A stretch of 32,000 bases of DNA from NCBI GenBank assembly GCA_029269845.2, contig CP149973.1:1260001-1292000 (forward strand). Direction: 5' to 3'. This document shows, piece by piece, positions 1 to 9,499 of the stretch. The DNA comes from Opitutia bacterium KCR 482. Lineage in GTDB: Bacteria > Verrucomicrobiota > Verrucomicrobiia > Opitutales > Intestinicryptomonadaceae. The number at the start of each line of letters is the position of its first letter. Within the stretch, counting starts at the first letter, position 1. The notes beneath the pieces are model-generated. The model saw only the letters and a list, made by a program, of their open reading frames with translations. It did not search any database and was not told where the DNA came from. The position numbers and the translations under genes are program-made.

Positions 1-1085
1 TCGCGGCAGTTGACGGCGTAGAACGGCACGTCGATGTTGCGCACTTTGATGTCCGCCATTTCCGACGCGGCGCACTCGAAGCCGATTCTGAAAATGTTGG
101 CTATGTCCGTCCAGAACAGGCAGTTTTCTATCGAGATATTTTTGCACGGCAGGAACGCGCCGAACGCAGGCTTTCCCGAAATCACCGTGCCTACGGTGCT
201 CTCCGCGCCGCCCATTCCCTTGACGGCGATGATGTCGTCCTGGGCGCGGGCGAAGACGTTTTTAATGGAGACGTCGGAAGTGTTGCAGAGGTCGATTGCG
301 TCGTCGTTAATCATGCGCGAGGCGCAGAGCTTTACGTTGTCGATTTCCACGCCTTTGCTCGACCGCACGACGAACATCCAGCCCGACGGGTCTTTGCAGA
401 CGATGTCGCGCACGGAGAGGTTTTCGCATTTGTCGAAGTCGAGCATGTTGCCCGTGCTGAAACGCTCCGACAGCTCGCCGCTCAAAATTCCGCGCCCGCG
501 AACGGAGATGTTTTTGCCCGTCGCCCGAAGCCTCGACTTCACGACAGCCCCGCCCGCGATGTACAGCGTCTGGTTGTCGGAAAGCTTTATTTCGTCGGGA
601 GTGTGCACGCCCGCGCCGAAGTACACAACGTTTTTGTCGCCCGCTTTCGGCGCGTCCTTTTCGAGCGGATTGCCGAAGATTACAAGCGGCATGTTGCGCT
701 CGTCGCGAATCACGACCGCGCTGAACGGCGGCTTTGCGACGTCGAAAACAATCCTGTTCTTTTCCGAAACTTTCGCCTTTATTCGGTTCGGGAACAGCTC
801 CGCCTTGTCGAGGGGCTTGGCGGATTTCACGGTAATTTCGGCGTCGCGGTCGAAATCGAACATCGCAAAGTAGTACTCGCCGCCCTCGAACTGCGGCGAC
901 AACGCCTTGTAAATATCCACATTCTTTCCGTTGACGCTCACACTCCAGCTCGTCCGCGCCTTTTCCGAAGCGGGCGCGGGGTAGGTTATTACTGTCGGCT
1001 CGGATTTTGCGCACGCGGCAAACGGCAAAACGAACAGCGCGGCAAGCGGCGCGAAGAGTTTTGTTAACATCATTTTTTTCATCAT
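1..1085 (-). CDS. Right-handed beta-helix glycoside hydrolase, GH28-like lipoprotein; 3' end runs off the window
   Basis: My own translation of the minus strand from ATG at 1085 (GGGAG SD-like motif upstream) gives MMKKMMLTKLFAPLAALFVLPFAAC (lipobox-like). Later motifs are ...NDDAIDLCNTSDVSIKNVFARAQDDIIAVKG..., resembling the GH28 NTDG.D / DD.IAIK motifs. This frame is absent from the ORF track because it has no stop inside the window. Track ORFs 34..873(+) and 307..1125(-) are shadow frames. Confidence 0.7.
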   Translation of the reverse strand, partial: MMKKMMLTKLFAPLAALFVLPFAACAKSEPTVITYPAPASEKARTSWSVSVNGKNVDIYKALSPQFEGGEYYFAMFDFDRDAEITVKSAKPLDKAELFPNRIKAKVSEKNRIVFDVAKPPFSAVVIRDERNMPLVIFGNPLEKDAPKAGDKNVVYFGAGVHTPDEIKLSDNQTLYIAGGAVVKSRLRATGKNISVRGRGILSGELSERFSTGNMLDFDKCENLSVRDIVCKDPSGWMFVVRSSKGVEIDNVKLCASRMINDDAIDLCNTSDVSIKNVFARAQDDIIAVKGMGGAESTVGTVISGKPAFGAFLPCKNISIENCLFWTDIANIFRIGFECAASEMADIKVRNIDVPFYAVNCR

Positions 1086-1293
1086 ATAATTCACTCCCTG
1101 TATTTACATTCAATTTGTTGCTCAAAAAATAAATTCAGACGCGCAAAGGAAAGTCAATAGCGTTTTGCGCGTTTAAAGCGGTTCGGAATACTGACGGCGC
1201 GGCGCAAGGATTGCCCTAAAACCCGCCGTTCTCGCGGAGATTTTTTGCGTTTGCCGTTGTCCGATTTTTTCGTTTCGGCAAAGCGGAGTTCCG

Positions 1294-3321
1294 CTATCTG
1301 GGCGCGGCCATCTTTCTGTAAAACAGGAATTGGAAGTCGCGCGGCGGAAGGTCTATGCGCAGGTCTTTGAAGTCCCTGCCCGATATTTTCGACTTCGAGC
1401 CGTCCTTGTTTTCGATTTCGTACACCGCGTTTTCGTCGATTCCGCGCGGACTGATTCGCAGGAAGCCGGCGGGGCTTTGCCGGCGGCGGAATGCCGCAAT
1501 GAACCCCCCGCCCGATTCGGGGTCGTGCCCCTGATAGGCGCACCAATTTTCGAAGTTTTCGGGGGCCTGGGTAAGCCTGTAAAAATCGCGCGCAATGTAT
1601 TTGCGTATGCGTTGAGCCCAGCCGAAATATTCGCGGAGAAGCGGAAGCCGCGACGCGTCTTTCAGCGCCCCCGACGACACGAAAAAGCCGGCGTTCATCG
1701 CGCTTGCCATCGCGTATTGGTCGTCGAGGCTCGCGCCGTTGCCGCCCGTATGAGAGGGCAGCCAAGACGACAGGTAGAAAGTCTGTATTTGGTTCGATTC
1801 AGCCGCGCCGTCTATCCGCCAGCATTGGGAATCGGAACGCCACACGACGAACGTGCGCGACATCGATTCGCAGTCGAGCCGCCTGCCGCCGCTTGCGCAG
1901 TTGTCGAACTGCATTTGCGGGTATTTTTGTTTGAGCGCGTCCCAAAGTTTCAGAACGCCTTCGGCGTGCTTGAGCATGCCGATTCCCCTGCGGTTCGGAG
2001 ATTTCGAGTCGAGCAGGTCGAATGCGGCGGACATAGTGTCGGCGGGCAGATTGGAGTCCATTCGCCAGACGTCTGCGCCGTTTTCTTCGAGGGTGTTGGA
2101 AAGCGTTTCGAACGCGTAGTTCCATGCGTTTTTGTCGCCCAAGTTGAGGACGGCGCGGGAGTTGTCGGGAGATGGCGCAAGAAATTCGGGGTGTTCGCGC
2201 CAGAGCGGCGTTTGCGGCATTACGCGCTCGATTTCAATCCAGAGCGAAAATTTCATTCCCGCCGCGTTTGCGGCTTTTGCGAGAGGCAAAAGTTTTTGCG
2301 GGTGTACGTTTGTGTTTACGCGCCAATCGCCCGCGTTTTGCATCCAGTCGCCGAAAGCGCCCTTTTTCTTCGGGACGTGCGCGCCGCCGAACCAACCCGC
2401 GTCGACGCCGTACATCGAAAACGGCAACTCGTGAACCCGCGCGAAGTCGGCGATGTTTACGAGCTTTTCGGTCGGAATGTTGCCGCCTATGCTCGTATAT
2501 ATAGGGGCGCAAACGGGCTTGCCGACGGCGTCTTTGGGCGTCTTGTGTTCGAACACGAATTTGCGCCAGAGGTTCTGCGCGTCGGCAATGCGCATATTTT
2601 TCCGGCGCATTACGAGCACCGACGGCAAACTTACCGACTCTTCGGGATTCAGCGAAAAATCGCAGTCGGGAACGCCGATTTTAAGCGAGAAATTCCGCCT
2701 GTCTATTTCGAAGAGCGCGCTCCAGTTCCCGCACCCGCCGACGGCGAACAGCGCGCCGTTTAGCTCGTCGAAATCCGCGCCGAAATAGGGAAGCCAGACC
2801 GACGCGGGGTAGCCCGTTTTGTTTTCGAGCAGAAGGGAGTCGGACTGCGGGCGGCGTTCGAGCACTACGGTTTCTTCGGCGAAGTCAAACATTGTAGTTG
2901 CCGCGCCTTTCAATCTGCGGATTTTCACCTTGTCGCTTTTAATATTGTCGGGGTTGTTTTTCAGGATTAGCGAGTACACGCATAAGTCCGAAAGGTTTTT
3001 CGAAGCCGATTTTTTCGAAACGTTCCGCAGGGTGGTTTTGAATTCGGTTATCGGAAATTTTTTGTATCGGCGGATTTCCCTTTCCACTTGCAGCAGCCCG
3101 TCGGGCGAAGTGTAGACGAGCCGTTTCGCCGCGCATTCGGGAGTGTCTTCAAGCGGAGTTTCGGCGGGCGCGCCGAACGCAAGCTGTTCGCCTCCGTATT
3201 TTAGCGACGCCGACGCCGCTTCGGGCGCTTCGAAAAGCGGCGCATACTCCGCGGCGCGGGAAAACGCCGCGAAGATAGATGCGCCCGCAACGGCCAATAT
3301 GGTGTGGATTGCTCTGTTCAT
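1294..3321 (-). CDS. GH36-family alpha-galactosidase-like glycoside hydrolase, secreted
   Basis: 675 aa with an N-terminal signal peptide (MNRAIHTILAVAGASIFAAFSRAAE). Motifs GVDAGWFG and FDNCASGGRRLD resemble the GH36 DDGW and C.GGG.R.D signatures. Confidence 0.8.
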   Translation of the reverse strand: MNRAIHTILAVAGASIFAAFSRAAEYAPLFEAPEAASASLKYGGEQLAFGAPAETPLEDTPECAAKRLVYTSPDGLLQVEREIRRYKKFPITEFKTTLRNVSKKSASKNLSDLCVYSLILKNNPDNIKSDKVKIRRLKGAATTMFDFAEETVVLERRPQSDSLLLENKTGYPASVWLPYFGADFDELNGALFAVGGCGNWSALFEIDRRNFSLKIGVPDCDFSLNPEESVSLPSVLVMRRKNMRIADAQNLWRKFVFEHKTPKDAVGKPVCAPIYTSIGGNIPTEKLVNIADFARVHELPFSMYGVDAGWFGGAHVPKKKGAFGDWMQNAGDWRVNTNVHPQKLLPLAKAANAAGMKFSLWIEIERVMPQTPLWREHPEFLAPSPDNSRAVLNLGDKNAWNYAFETLSNTLEENGADVWRMDSNLPADTMSAAFDLLDSKSPNRRGIGMLKHAEGVLKLWDALKQKYPQMQFDNCASGGRRLDCESMSRTFVVWRSDSQCWRIDGAAESNQIQTFYLSSWLPSHTGGNGASLDDQYAMASAMNAGFFVSSGALKDASRLPLLREYFGWAQRIRKYIARDFYRLTQAPENFENWCAYQGHDPESGGGFIAAFRRRQSPAGFLRISPRGIDENAVYEIENKDGSKSKISGRDFKDLRIDLPPRDFQFLFYRKMAAPR

Positions 3322-3394
3322 AGGGTAAAACTACCAAACGCGGCGTTTTTCTTCAAGCAAAATGCGCGCCCGCGTTGCATGGCAAAAAAAATGT

Positions 3395-3423
3395 TTGACA
3401 GAGGAGCGCGATTTTTAAATATT
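3395..3423 (+). promoter_or_regulatory. Sigma70-type promoter candidate for the gfo-gfo-nramp-uxuB-uxuA operon
   Basis: TTGACA (3395-3400), 17-nt spacer, AATATT (3418-3423), about 50 nt upstream of the ATG at 3475. Lies in the divergent region shared with the GH36 gene. Confidence 0.55.
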
Positions 3424-3474
3424 TTCTCAATCGTTTGAGGCAAAAATTTTATAAATTCAGAAAAAGGCGAAACT

Positions 3475-4620
3475 ATGGTAAGATTTGCGGTAATAGGAAT
3501 GGGCCCCATCGGCTCAATGCACGTTGACAACCTCATGGGAGGGAAAATCCCCGAAGCGGAAATCGCATGCGCATGCGAGCAGCGCCCCGTGGAAGACCCA
3601 AAATATGCGGGGCTTAAAATATACAAAGAGCTTGACGACATGCTCGCAGCGGGCGGCTTCGACGCGGTGATTGTTTCGACCCCATCGTTCACGCACTATC
3701 CGCTCGCAAAAAAGTGCCTCGAAGCGGGCTACCACACCCTCGTTGAAAAACCCATCGCCCTCTGCACGGCGGACGCGATAGAGCTTCAGGAGTTCGCAAA
3801 AAAATGCGGAAAGAAGTGCGCAATCATGCTCAACCAGCGCACGACCCCGCTCTACGCGCGAATCAAAGAGCTTATCGACAGCGGCGAAATCGGCAAAATC
3901 AACCGCGTTTCGTGGACGATGTCGAACTGGTACAGACCCGACATCTACTTCCAGTCGAGCCCGTGGCGCGGGACGTGGAAGGGCGAGGCGGGCGGCGCGC
4001 TCATCAACCAGTCTATACACAACATCGACATTTGGGCGTGGGCGTTCGGAATGCCCGAAAAGCTCCGCGCGTGGTGCAAATTCGGCAAATACCACGACAT
4101 CGAAGTCGAGGACGAAGTAGTCTGCCACCTCGACCTCAAAGGCGGCGCGAGCGCGACTTTCATAACCTCCACGGGCGAATACCCCGGCGCAAACAGGCTC
4201 GAAATCGCGGGCGACAAGGCGTTTGTCGTGGCGGAAAACGACGCGCTTACAATCACGCGCATCGAGGGCTCTTCGCTCTCGGAATACACCAGGGACACAC
4301 TCTACATGTTCGGCTCGCCCGACACAAAGACCGAAACCGAAACGTTCGACGGCAAAGGCGAACAGCACGTCGGCGTTCTCAAAAACTTCGCCCGCGCGAT
4401 AGACTCGGACGGGCGGCTCGACTTCGACGCCTCGCAGGGCGAGCTTTCGCTCGAACTCGCAAACGCGATGCTGCTTTCGGCGTGGACCGATTCGGAGGTT
4501 TCGTTCCCGCTCGACCACGCGAAATACAAGAAGATGCTCGACGGGAAAATCGCGTCGTCCAAGCTGCGCGACAAGCCGCGTCAGGGCGCGATTGTAGACT
4601 TCAAAAAATCCTTCAAATAA
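3475..4620 (+). CDS. Gfo/Idh/MocA-family NAD(P)-dependent oxidoreductase
   Basis: 381 aa. N-terminal Rossmann motif VRFAVIGMGPIGSMH, the EKP motif (TLVEKPIA), and a C-terminal alpha/beta domain typical of the family. Confidence 0.88.
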   Translation: MVRFAVIGMGPIGSMHVDNLMGGKIPEAEIACACEQRPVEDPKYAGLKIYKELDDMLAAGGFDAVIVSTPSFTHYPLAKKCLEAGYHTLVEKPIALCTADAIELQEFAKKCGKKCAIMLNQRTTPLYARIKELIDSGEIGKINRVSWTMSNWYRPDIYFQSSPWRGTWKGEAGGALINQSIHNIDIWAWAFGMPEKLRAWCKFGKYHDIEVEDEVVCHLDLKGGASATFITSTGEYPGANRLEIAGDKAFVVAENDALTITRIEGSSLSEYTRDTLYMFGSPDTKTETETFDGKGEQHVGVLKNFARAIDSDGRLDFDASQGELSLELANAMLLSAWTDSEVSFPLDHAKYKKMLDGKIASSKLRDKPRQGAIVDFKKSFK

Positions 4621-4647
4621 ACGCAACCCGCAAACGAAAGGCAGAAA

Positions 4648-5727
4648 ATGTCGAAACACGCAACGGGCTACGACTACGTCCCCGACGGCAACGCAAAAGA
4701 CAAGACGGTCGCCGACGGCGAGCTTAAATTCGCCGCCGCGGGGCTCGACCACGGGCACATCTACGCAATGACGCAGGGCATGCTCAACGCGGGCGCGAAC
4801 TGCGAATACGTCTGGGATACCGACGAAAAGCGCATTGCCGAATTCCTGAAACGCTTTCCCGACGTAAAGGTCGCGGAATCGCTCGGGCAGATTTTGGACG
4901 ACCCGTCCGTAAGGCTCGTCGCCAACGCGGGAATCCCCGCGCACAGGTTCGACATGGGCAAAACCGTCCTCGAAGCGGGCAAAAACTTCTTTGTGGACAA
5001 GCCGCCGTTCACGACCCTCGAACAGCTCGCCGAAGCGCGCGCTCTCGCCGCGAAGACGGGGCTTAAATACATGCCCTACTACGCCGAACGCGTCCACAAC
5101 GAAGCCGCCGAACGCGCGAACGCGATAATCAAAAGCGGCGGAATCGGGCGCGTGTTGCAGGTGCTCATCATGGCGCCGCACAGGCTTTCGAAACAGGCGC
5201 GCCCTAAGTGGTTTTTCGAGCGCGGCGAATACGGCGGAATTTTGTGCGACATCGGCTCGCACCAGTTCGAGCAGTTCCTCGAATTTTCGGGCTGCGACGA
5301 GGCAAAGGTAAACTTCGCAAGGGTCGCCAACATGGACAACCCCGACACCCCCGAATTGCAGGACTTCGGCGAAGCGTCGGTCGAAATGGCGAACGGCGTT
5401 TCGGGCTACTGCCGAGTAGACTGGTTCACGCCCGACGGACTCCCCGTGTGGGGCGACGGCAGAACTTTCGTGCTCGGCACGGAGGGCTATGTGGAAATCC
5501 GCAAATACATAGACTTCTCGCGCGAGGGCAACCCGCCGCAGACGCTCTACTGGGCGAACAAAACTGGCGTCGAGCGCATGGACTGCCTCGGCGACGGATT
5601 CCCGTTCTTCGGAAAATTCGCCCGCGACGTTCTCGACGGAACGGAGACGGCGATGACGCAAAAACACGCGTTCGCGGCGGCGGAGCTTTCGCTCTCGGCG
5701 CAGGCGAAGGCGGAAGGCAAAATTTAG
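4648..5727 (+). CDS. Gfo/Idh/MocA-like oxidoreductase with a degenerate N-terminal dinucleotide motif
   Basis: 359 aa. It has FAAAGLDHGHIY in place of GxGxxG, and VDKPP where the family has EKP. AAGG SD upstream, 27 nt after the preceding gene. Confidence 0.75.
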   Translation: MSKHATGYDYVPDGNAKDKTVADGELKFAAAGLDHGHIYAMTQGMLNAGANCEYVWDTDEKRIAEFLKRFPDVKVAESLGQILDDPSVRLVANAGIPAHRFDMGKTVLEAGKNFFVDKPPFTTLEQLAEARALAAKTGLKYMPYYAERVHNEAAERANAIIKSGGIGRVLQVLIMAPHRLSKQARPKWFFERGEYGGILCDIGSHQFEQFLEFSGCDEAKVNFARVANMDNPDTPELQDFGEASVEMANGVSGYCRVDWFTPDGLPVWGDGRTFVLGTEGYVEIRKYIDFSREGNPPQTLYWANKTGVERMDCLGDGFPFFGKFARDVLDGTETAMTQKHAFAAAELSLSAQAKAEGKI

Positions 5728-5742
5728 AAAAAAGCAAATACC

Positions 5743-7461
5743 ATGGCAGAAAAGAACGCACAAATAGAATCGCAACGCGCCCAAATACTCGAAGCCCGCA
5801 AACGCGGCAAATGGGCGACAATCGCAACTTTCGCAAAGTTTTCGGGCCCCGGCTGGCTTCAAAGCGCGACGACACTCGGAGGCGGGTCGCTGGCTTCCGC
5901 GCTCTACCTCGGAGTCCTCGGCGGATTCGGCTTCATGTGGCTGCAACCCGCCGCGATGATTCTGGGCATAGTAATGCTCGCGGCAATTTCGTACGTAACG
6001 CTTTCAATTAACAACAAGCCAATGCAGAGCGTGAACTCGCAAATCAGCCCGATTCTGGGCTACGGCTGGGCGATAGGCTCGCTGCTCGCGTGCCTCGTGT
6101 TCGCAATGCCGCAGTTTGCGCTGGGGGTTGCGGCAATCACGCAGAATTTCTCGGCTTCGACCGACGCGCCCTCGATGCTCACGGAAGTGGGAATCACTGC
6201 GGCGCTGTTCGCGCTGGCGACGGCGATGGTCTCCATGTACGCGTTCGGCGGCAAGGGCGTAAAATTCTTCGAAAGGATAATCAAGCTTTCGGTCGCGGCG
6301 ATTGTAATATGCTTCTTCGGCGTGGTGCTCAGCCTCTGGTGGAACGGCAAGATTGACTGGTCGGCGGTGTTCGCGGGCTTTGTGCCGAACTTCTCGGTGC
6401 TTTCCGAACCCAGCGCGGACTTCATGAAATACATCTCGCAGCTCGGCGCGGAGGGTCAGAAGTTTTGGAGCGACATGATTGTATCGCAACAGCGCGACGT
6501 CGTGATTTCCGCGGCGGCGATGGCGGTCGGCATCAACATGACTTTCCTCTTCCCCTACTCCATGCTCAAAAAGGGCTGGGACAAGGATTTCCGCGGACTC
6601 GCGATTTTCGACTTGGCGACGGGGCTTTTCATTCCGTTCCTGCTCGCGACATCGTGCATAGTAATCGCGTCGGCTTCGCAGTTCCACGCAAAACCCGCCG
6701 ACGGGCTTGCGATGGCGCAAATGGTTGACGGCAAGCTCAAGCCCGCGGTCGTCGGCGGAAAGGAAATCGTACCCGCCCCGAACCTCGTAGCCCCCTATAT
6801 TTCGCTGCTCGATTCGAGAATCGGAAACGCGATGGGCGCGGACAAATTCGCCGCGCTTCCGCCCGTGCAAAAGGACGCCGTCCGCAACGCATTCCCGATT
6901 GAAGAGCGCAAAATGGCGGCGATGCTCGTAAAGCGCGACGCCTCCAACCTCTCCGAAACGCTCGCGCCGCTCCTCGGCGACGACGTCGCCCGCTACGTTT
7001 TCGGGCTTGGCGTGCTCGGCATGGCAATCAACGCGGTGCTCATGAACATGCTTATCTGCGGGCTTTGCTTCGCGGAAATTTTCGGAAGGGGGGCTTCGGC
7101 AAAATGGAATCTCTGCGGCTCTATGCTGATTGCCCTAAGCGCGACAGCCTCCGTATTCTTCAAGGGCGCAAAGATGTGGCTTGTAATCCACGCGGGGGTA
7201 ATCGCGATGGTGCTTCTGCCGATTGCCTACGGCGCGTTCCTCGTGATAATGAACAGCAAAAAGATTCTCGGAAGCGAAGCCCCGCGCGGCGGCAAACGCG
7301 CCCTCTGGAACGCGCTCATGTGCTGCTCGGTGGCGGCAAGCTCGGTGGCGAGCCTCTACGTTCTCTGGAACAAACTCGGCTACGCCGGCCCCGCGATTTT
7401 CGTGGGCTTCCTCGCGCTGGTCGCGGTCTCCAACAAATTCATGAAAAAATCCTCCAAATAA
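5743..7461 (+). CDS. Polytopic membrane transporter, divergent Nramp/MntH-fold (COG1914-like) permease
   Basis: 572 aa and highly hydrophobic. The N-terminal segment GPGWLQSATTLGGGSLASALYLGVLGGFGFMWLQ aligns by eye with MntH [32 protein letters not shown]. The DPGN and MPH metal-binding motifs are not conserved. Confidence 0.6.
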   Translation: MAEKNAQIESQRAQILEARKRGKWATIATFAKFSGPGWLQSATTLGGGSLASALYLGVLGGFGFMWLQPAAMILGIVMLAAISYVTLSINNKPMQSVNSQISPILGYGWAIGSLLACLVFAMPQFALGVAAITQNFSASTDAPSMLTEVGITAALFALATAMVSMYAFGGKGVKFFERIIKLSVAAIVICFFGVVLSLWWNGKIDWSAVFAGFVPNFSVLSEPSADFMKYISQLGAEGQKFWSDMIVSQQRDVVISAAAMAVGINMTFLFPYSMLKKGWDKDFRGLAIFDLATGLFIPFLLATSCIVIASASQFHAKPADGLAMAQMVDGKLKPAVVGGKEIVPAPNLVAPYISLLDSRIGNAMGADKFAALPPVQKDAVRNAFPIEERKMAAMLVKRDASNLSETLAPLLGDDVARYVFGLGVLGMAINAVLMNMLICGLCFAEIFGRGASAKWNLCGSMLIALSATASVFFKGAKMWLVIHAGVIAMVLLPIAYGAFLVIMNSKKILGSEAPRGGKRALWNALMCCSVAASSVASLYVLWNKLGYAGPAIFVGFLALVAVSNKFMKKSSK

Positions 7462-8276
7462 TGGAAAATCCATTCGACATTAAAAACAGGGTTATCGCGG
7501 TAACGGGCGCGACGGGCGTGCTCGCGGGCGAAACCGCAAGGCATCTTGCAAAATGCGGGGCGAAAGTCGCGTTCATAGGGCGCGACCCCGAAAAGCTCGC
7601 CGCCGCCGAAAAATTCTGCAAGGACAACAAGTGCGAGGGCGCGGCAATCCGCGCCGACGTCACGAACAAGTCAGACCTGATTTCCGCGCGCGACGAAATT
7701 CTCGGCAAGTGGGGCGCGCTCGACTGCCTCGTAAACGGCGCGGGCGGCAACCGCGCGGGAGCTACTATCCCGCCCGACAAAACATTCTTCGACCTCGACC
7801 TCTCCGCGTGGGAGGACGTCTTCAAGCTCAACATGGAGGGCACGCTCCTGCCGACCCTCGTCTTCGGCGAAATTTTCAGAAAGACGGGCAAAGGCTCAAT
7901 CGTCAACTTCTCGTCGATGACGGCGCAGCAGGCGGTAACGCGCGTTCTGGGATACTCGAACGCAAAGGCGGCAATAGACAACCTCACGAAGTGGCTGGCG
8001 GTCGAATTTGCAAAAAAAATCGGCGACGGCGTGCGCGTCAACGCGGTAGCCCCCGGATTCTTCCTCAGCGAGCAAAACAGAACGCTGCTCACAAACGAAG
8101 ACGGCAGCCTGACATCGCGCGGCAAGGACATCGTGAAGGCGACGCCCTTTGCGCGTTTCGGACGCTCCGACGAAGTCTGCGGGGCGGTGCACTACCTCTG
8201 CTCCGACGCGTCGTCGTTCGTGACGGGAACGGTCATGGCAATCGACGGCGGGTTCTCGTGCTTTTCGGGAGTATAG
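7461..8276 (+). CDS. uxuB: SDR-family D-mannonate oxidoreductase-like (fructuronate reductase type)
   Basis: Real start is ATG at 7461, overlapping the upstream stop (TAATG). MENPFDIKNRVIAVTGATGVLAG is a TGxxGxxG motif; also YSNAK (the YxxxK catalytic motif) and NGAGGN...TFFDLDL. Sits immediately upstream of uxuA. The track ORF 7065..8276 is an in-frame upstream extension into the transporter gene. Confidence 0.7.
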   Translation: MENPFDIKNRVIAVTGATGVLAGETARHLAKCGAKVAFIGRDPEKLAAAEKFCKDNKCEGAAIRADVTNKSDLISARDEILGKWGALDCLVNGAGGNRAGATIPPDKTFFDLDLSAWEDVFKLNMEGTLLPTLVFGEIFRKTGKGSIVNFSSMTAQQAVTRVLGYSNAKAAIDNLTKWLAVEFAKKIGDGVRVNAVAPGFFLSEQNRTLLTNEDGSLTSRGKDIVKATPFARFGRSDEVCGAVHYLCSDASSFVTGTVMAIDGGFSCFSGV

Positions 8277-8289
8277 GGAGGACGCAAAA

Positions 8290-9477
8290 ATGCAAAAGCT
8301 CAAAGAGGGTTTCAGATGGTACGGCGACAACGACCCCGTGCCGCTCACGTTCATTCGCCAAAGCGGCGCGACGGACGTATTCGCGTCGCTGCACCACATT
8401 CCCTACGGCGAATTGTGGACGGTAGAGGAAATCGAAAAGCACAAGGCGAAAATCGCCGCCTGCGGGCTTGAATGGAGCGTCGTGGAATCGCTGCCCGTCA
8501 CGGAGGACATGAAACTGCGCTCCGGCGATTTCCGCCGCCACACGGAAAACTACAAGCAGAGCCTGCGGAATCTTGCGAAGTGCGGAATCACGAAAATCGT
8601 CTACAATTTCATGCCCGTGCTCGACTGGATTCGCACCGACCTGCACTACAAACTGCCCGACGGCTCGCAGTGCCTGCGCTTCGACCCCGTGCAATTCGCG
8701 GCTTTCGACATCTTCGTCTTGAAGCGCGGCGGCGCGGCGGAGGAGCGGACGCCAGAGCAGGTCGAAAAGGCAAAGGCGTTTTACGAATCGCTCGACGCCG
8801 CGCGGAAAAAGGCTTTCGAACGCTCGATTATCGACGTTTTTCCGGGGTGCAAAATGGGGCTTGAAATCGGCGACATGCGCAAAATGCTCGCCCGCTACGA
8901 CGGAATCACGCCGCAGAAACTCAAAGAAAACCTCGCGGAATTTCTGAACGAAGTAGCTCCCGTCGCGGAGGAAGTCGGCGCGATTCTCGCAATCCACCCC
9001 GACGACCCGCCATTCCCCGTGCTCGGCCTGCCGCGAATCGCCTCGCGCGTGGAGGACTTCGAGGAAATGTTCGCCGCGTGCCCCTCGAAGGCAAACACAA
9101 TCTGCTTCTGCACGGGCTCGCTCAGCGCGGGCGCACACAACGACATCTCGAAAATGGTAGACAGGCTCGCCGACAGAATCGGCGTGGCGCACCTGCGCAG
9201 CACGCAGGTCAACCCCGACGGCTCGTTCTTCGAGGCGGGACACTTGGAGGGCAGAGTGCCCATGGCGGAAGTAGTAGAAAAGCTCCTGAAAATTCAGGAC
9301 AAGCGGCTCGCAACCGGCGGCGAAAGATTAATCTTCCGCCCCGACCACGGCCGCGACATGGCCGACGACCTCCTCAAACCGCCGCCCGACAACCCGGGGT
9401 ATTCGTTCATCGGCAGAATGAAAGGCCTTTGCGAAATCCGCGGAGTGCAAACCGCTCTCTGCGCGGCGCAAAAATAG
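8290..9477 (+). CDS. uxuA: Mannonate dehydratase
   Basis: 395 aa. The N-terminus MQKLKEGFRWYGDNDPVPLTFIRQSGATDVFASLHHIP and the overall sequence are typical of UxuA. GGGAGG SD upstream. Confidence 0.92.
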   Translation: MQKLKEGFRWYGDNDPVPLTFIRQSGATDVFASLHHIPYGELWTVEEIEKHKAKIAACGLEWSVVESLPVTEDMKLRSGDFRRHTENYKQSLRNLAKCGITKIVYNFMPVLDWIRTDLHYKLPDGSQCLRFDPVQFAAFDIFVLKRGGAAEERTPEQVEKAKAFYESLDAARKKAFERSIIDVFPGCKMGLEIGDMRKMLARYDGITPQKLKENLAEFLNEVAPVAEEVGAILAIHPDDPPFPVLGLPRIASRVEDFEEMFAACPSKANTICFCTGSLSAGAHNDISKMVDRLADRIGVAHLRSTQVNPDGSFFEAGHLEGRVPMAEVVEKLLKIQDKRLATGGERLIFRPDHGRDMADDLLKPPPDNPGYSFIGRMKGLCEIRGVQTALCAAQK

Positions 9478-9499
9478 GGCAAAAAAAAAACGCAAACGC

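Noticed and set aside
1140-1293. Terminator between the GH36 and GH28-like genes (minus strand)
   Set aside because: Several weak hairpins exist, such as cgcgcaaa...tttgcgcg at 1140-1172 and ccgc...gcgg near 1225-1245. None has a clean stem followed by a U-run on the minus strand, so I do not call a feature.
3514-5946. 810-aa minus-strand ORF, plus similar long ORFs (34..873+, 307..1125-, 1330..2763+, 6004..6870-, 8233..9243-, 9977..11062-, 12109..13170-, 16269..17663-, 22475..23398-, 23915..24877-, 26262..27326+, 28774..29988+, 30729..31949+)
   Set aside because: Their Arg/Ala/Gly/Val-rich low-complexity composition is typical of shadow frames in GC-rich DNA. Each lies antisense to or out of frame with a gene that has clear family motifs, and none has a plausible RBS.
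7065-7460. N-terminal extensions in the ORF track: 7065 for uxuB, 21028 for the rluA-like gene, 20951 for purE, 18668 for glnB, 13137, 15189, 22352, 31244 for the cobW-like gene, 21065 for the permease, 11470 for GH30
   Set aside because: The extensions overlap upstream genes or non-coding DNA and have non-homologous, Arg-rich or non-signal sequence. Internal ATGs give canonical N-termini, signal peptides, SD motifs or stop/start overlaps.
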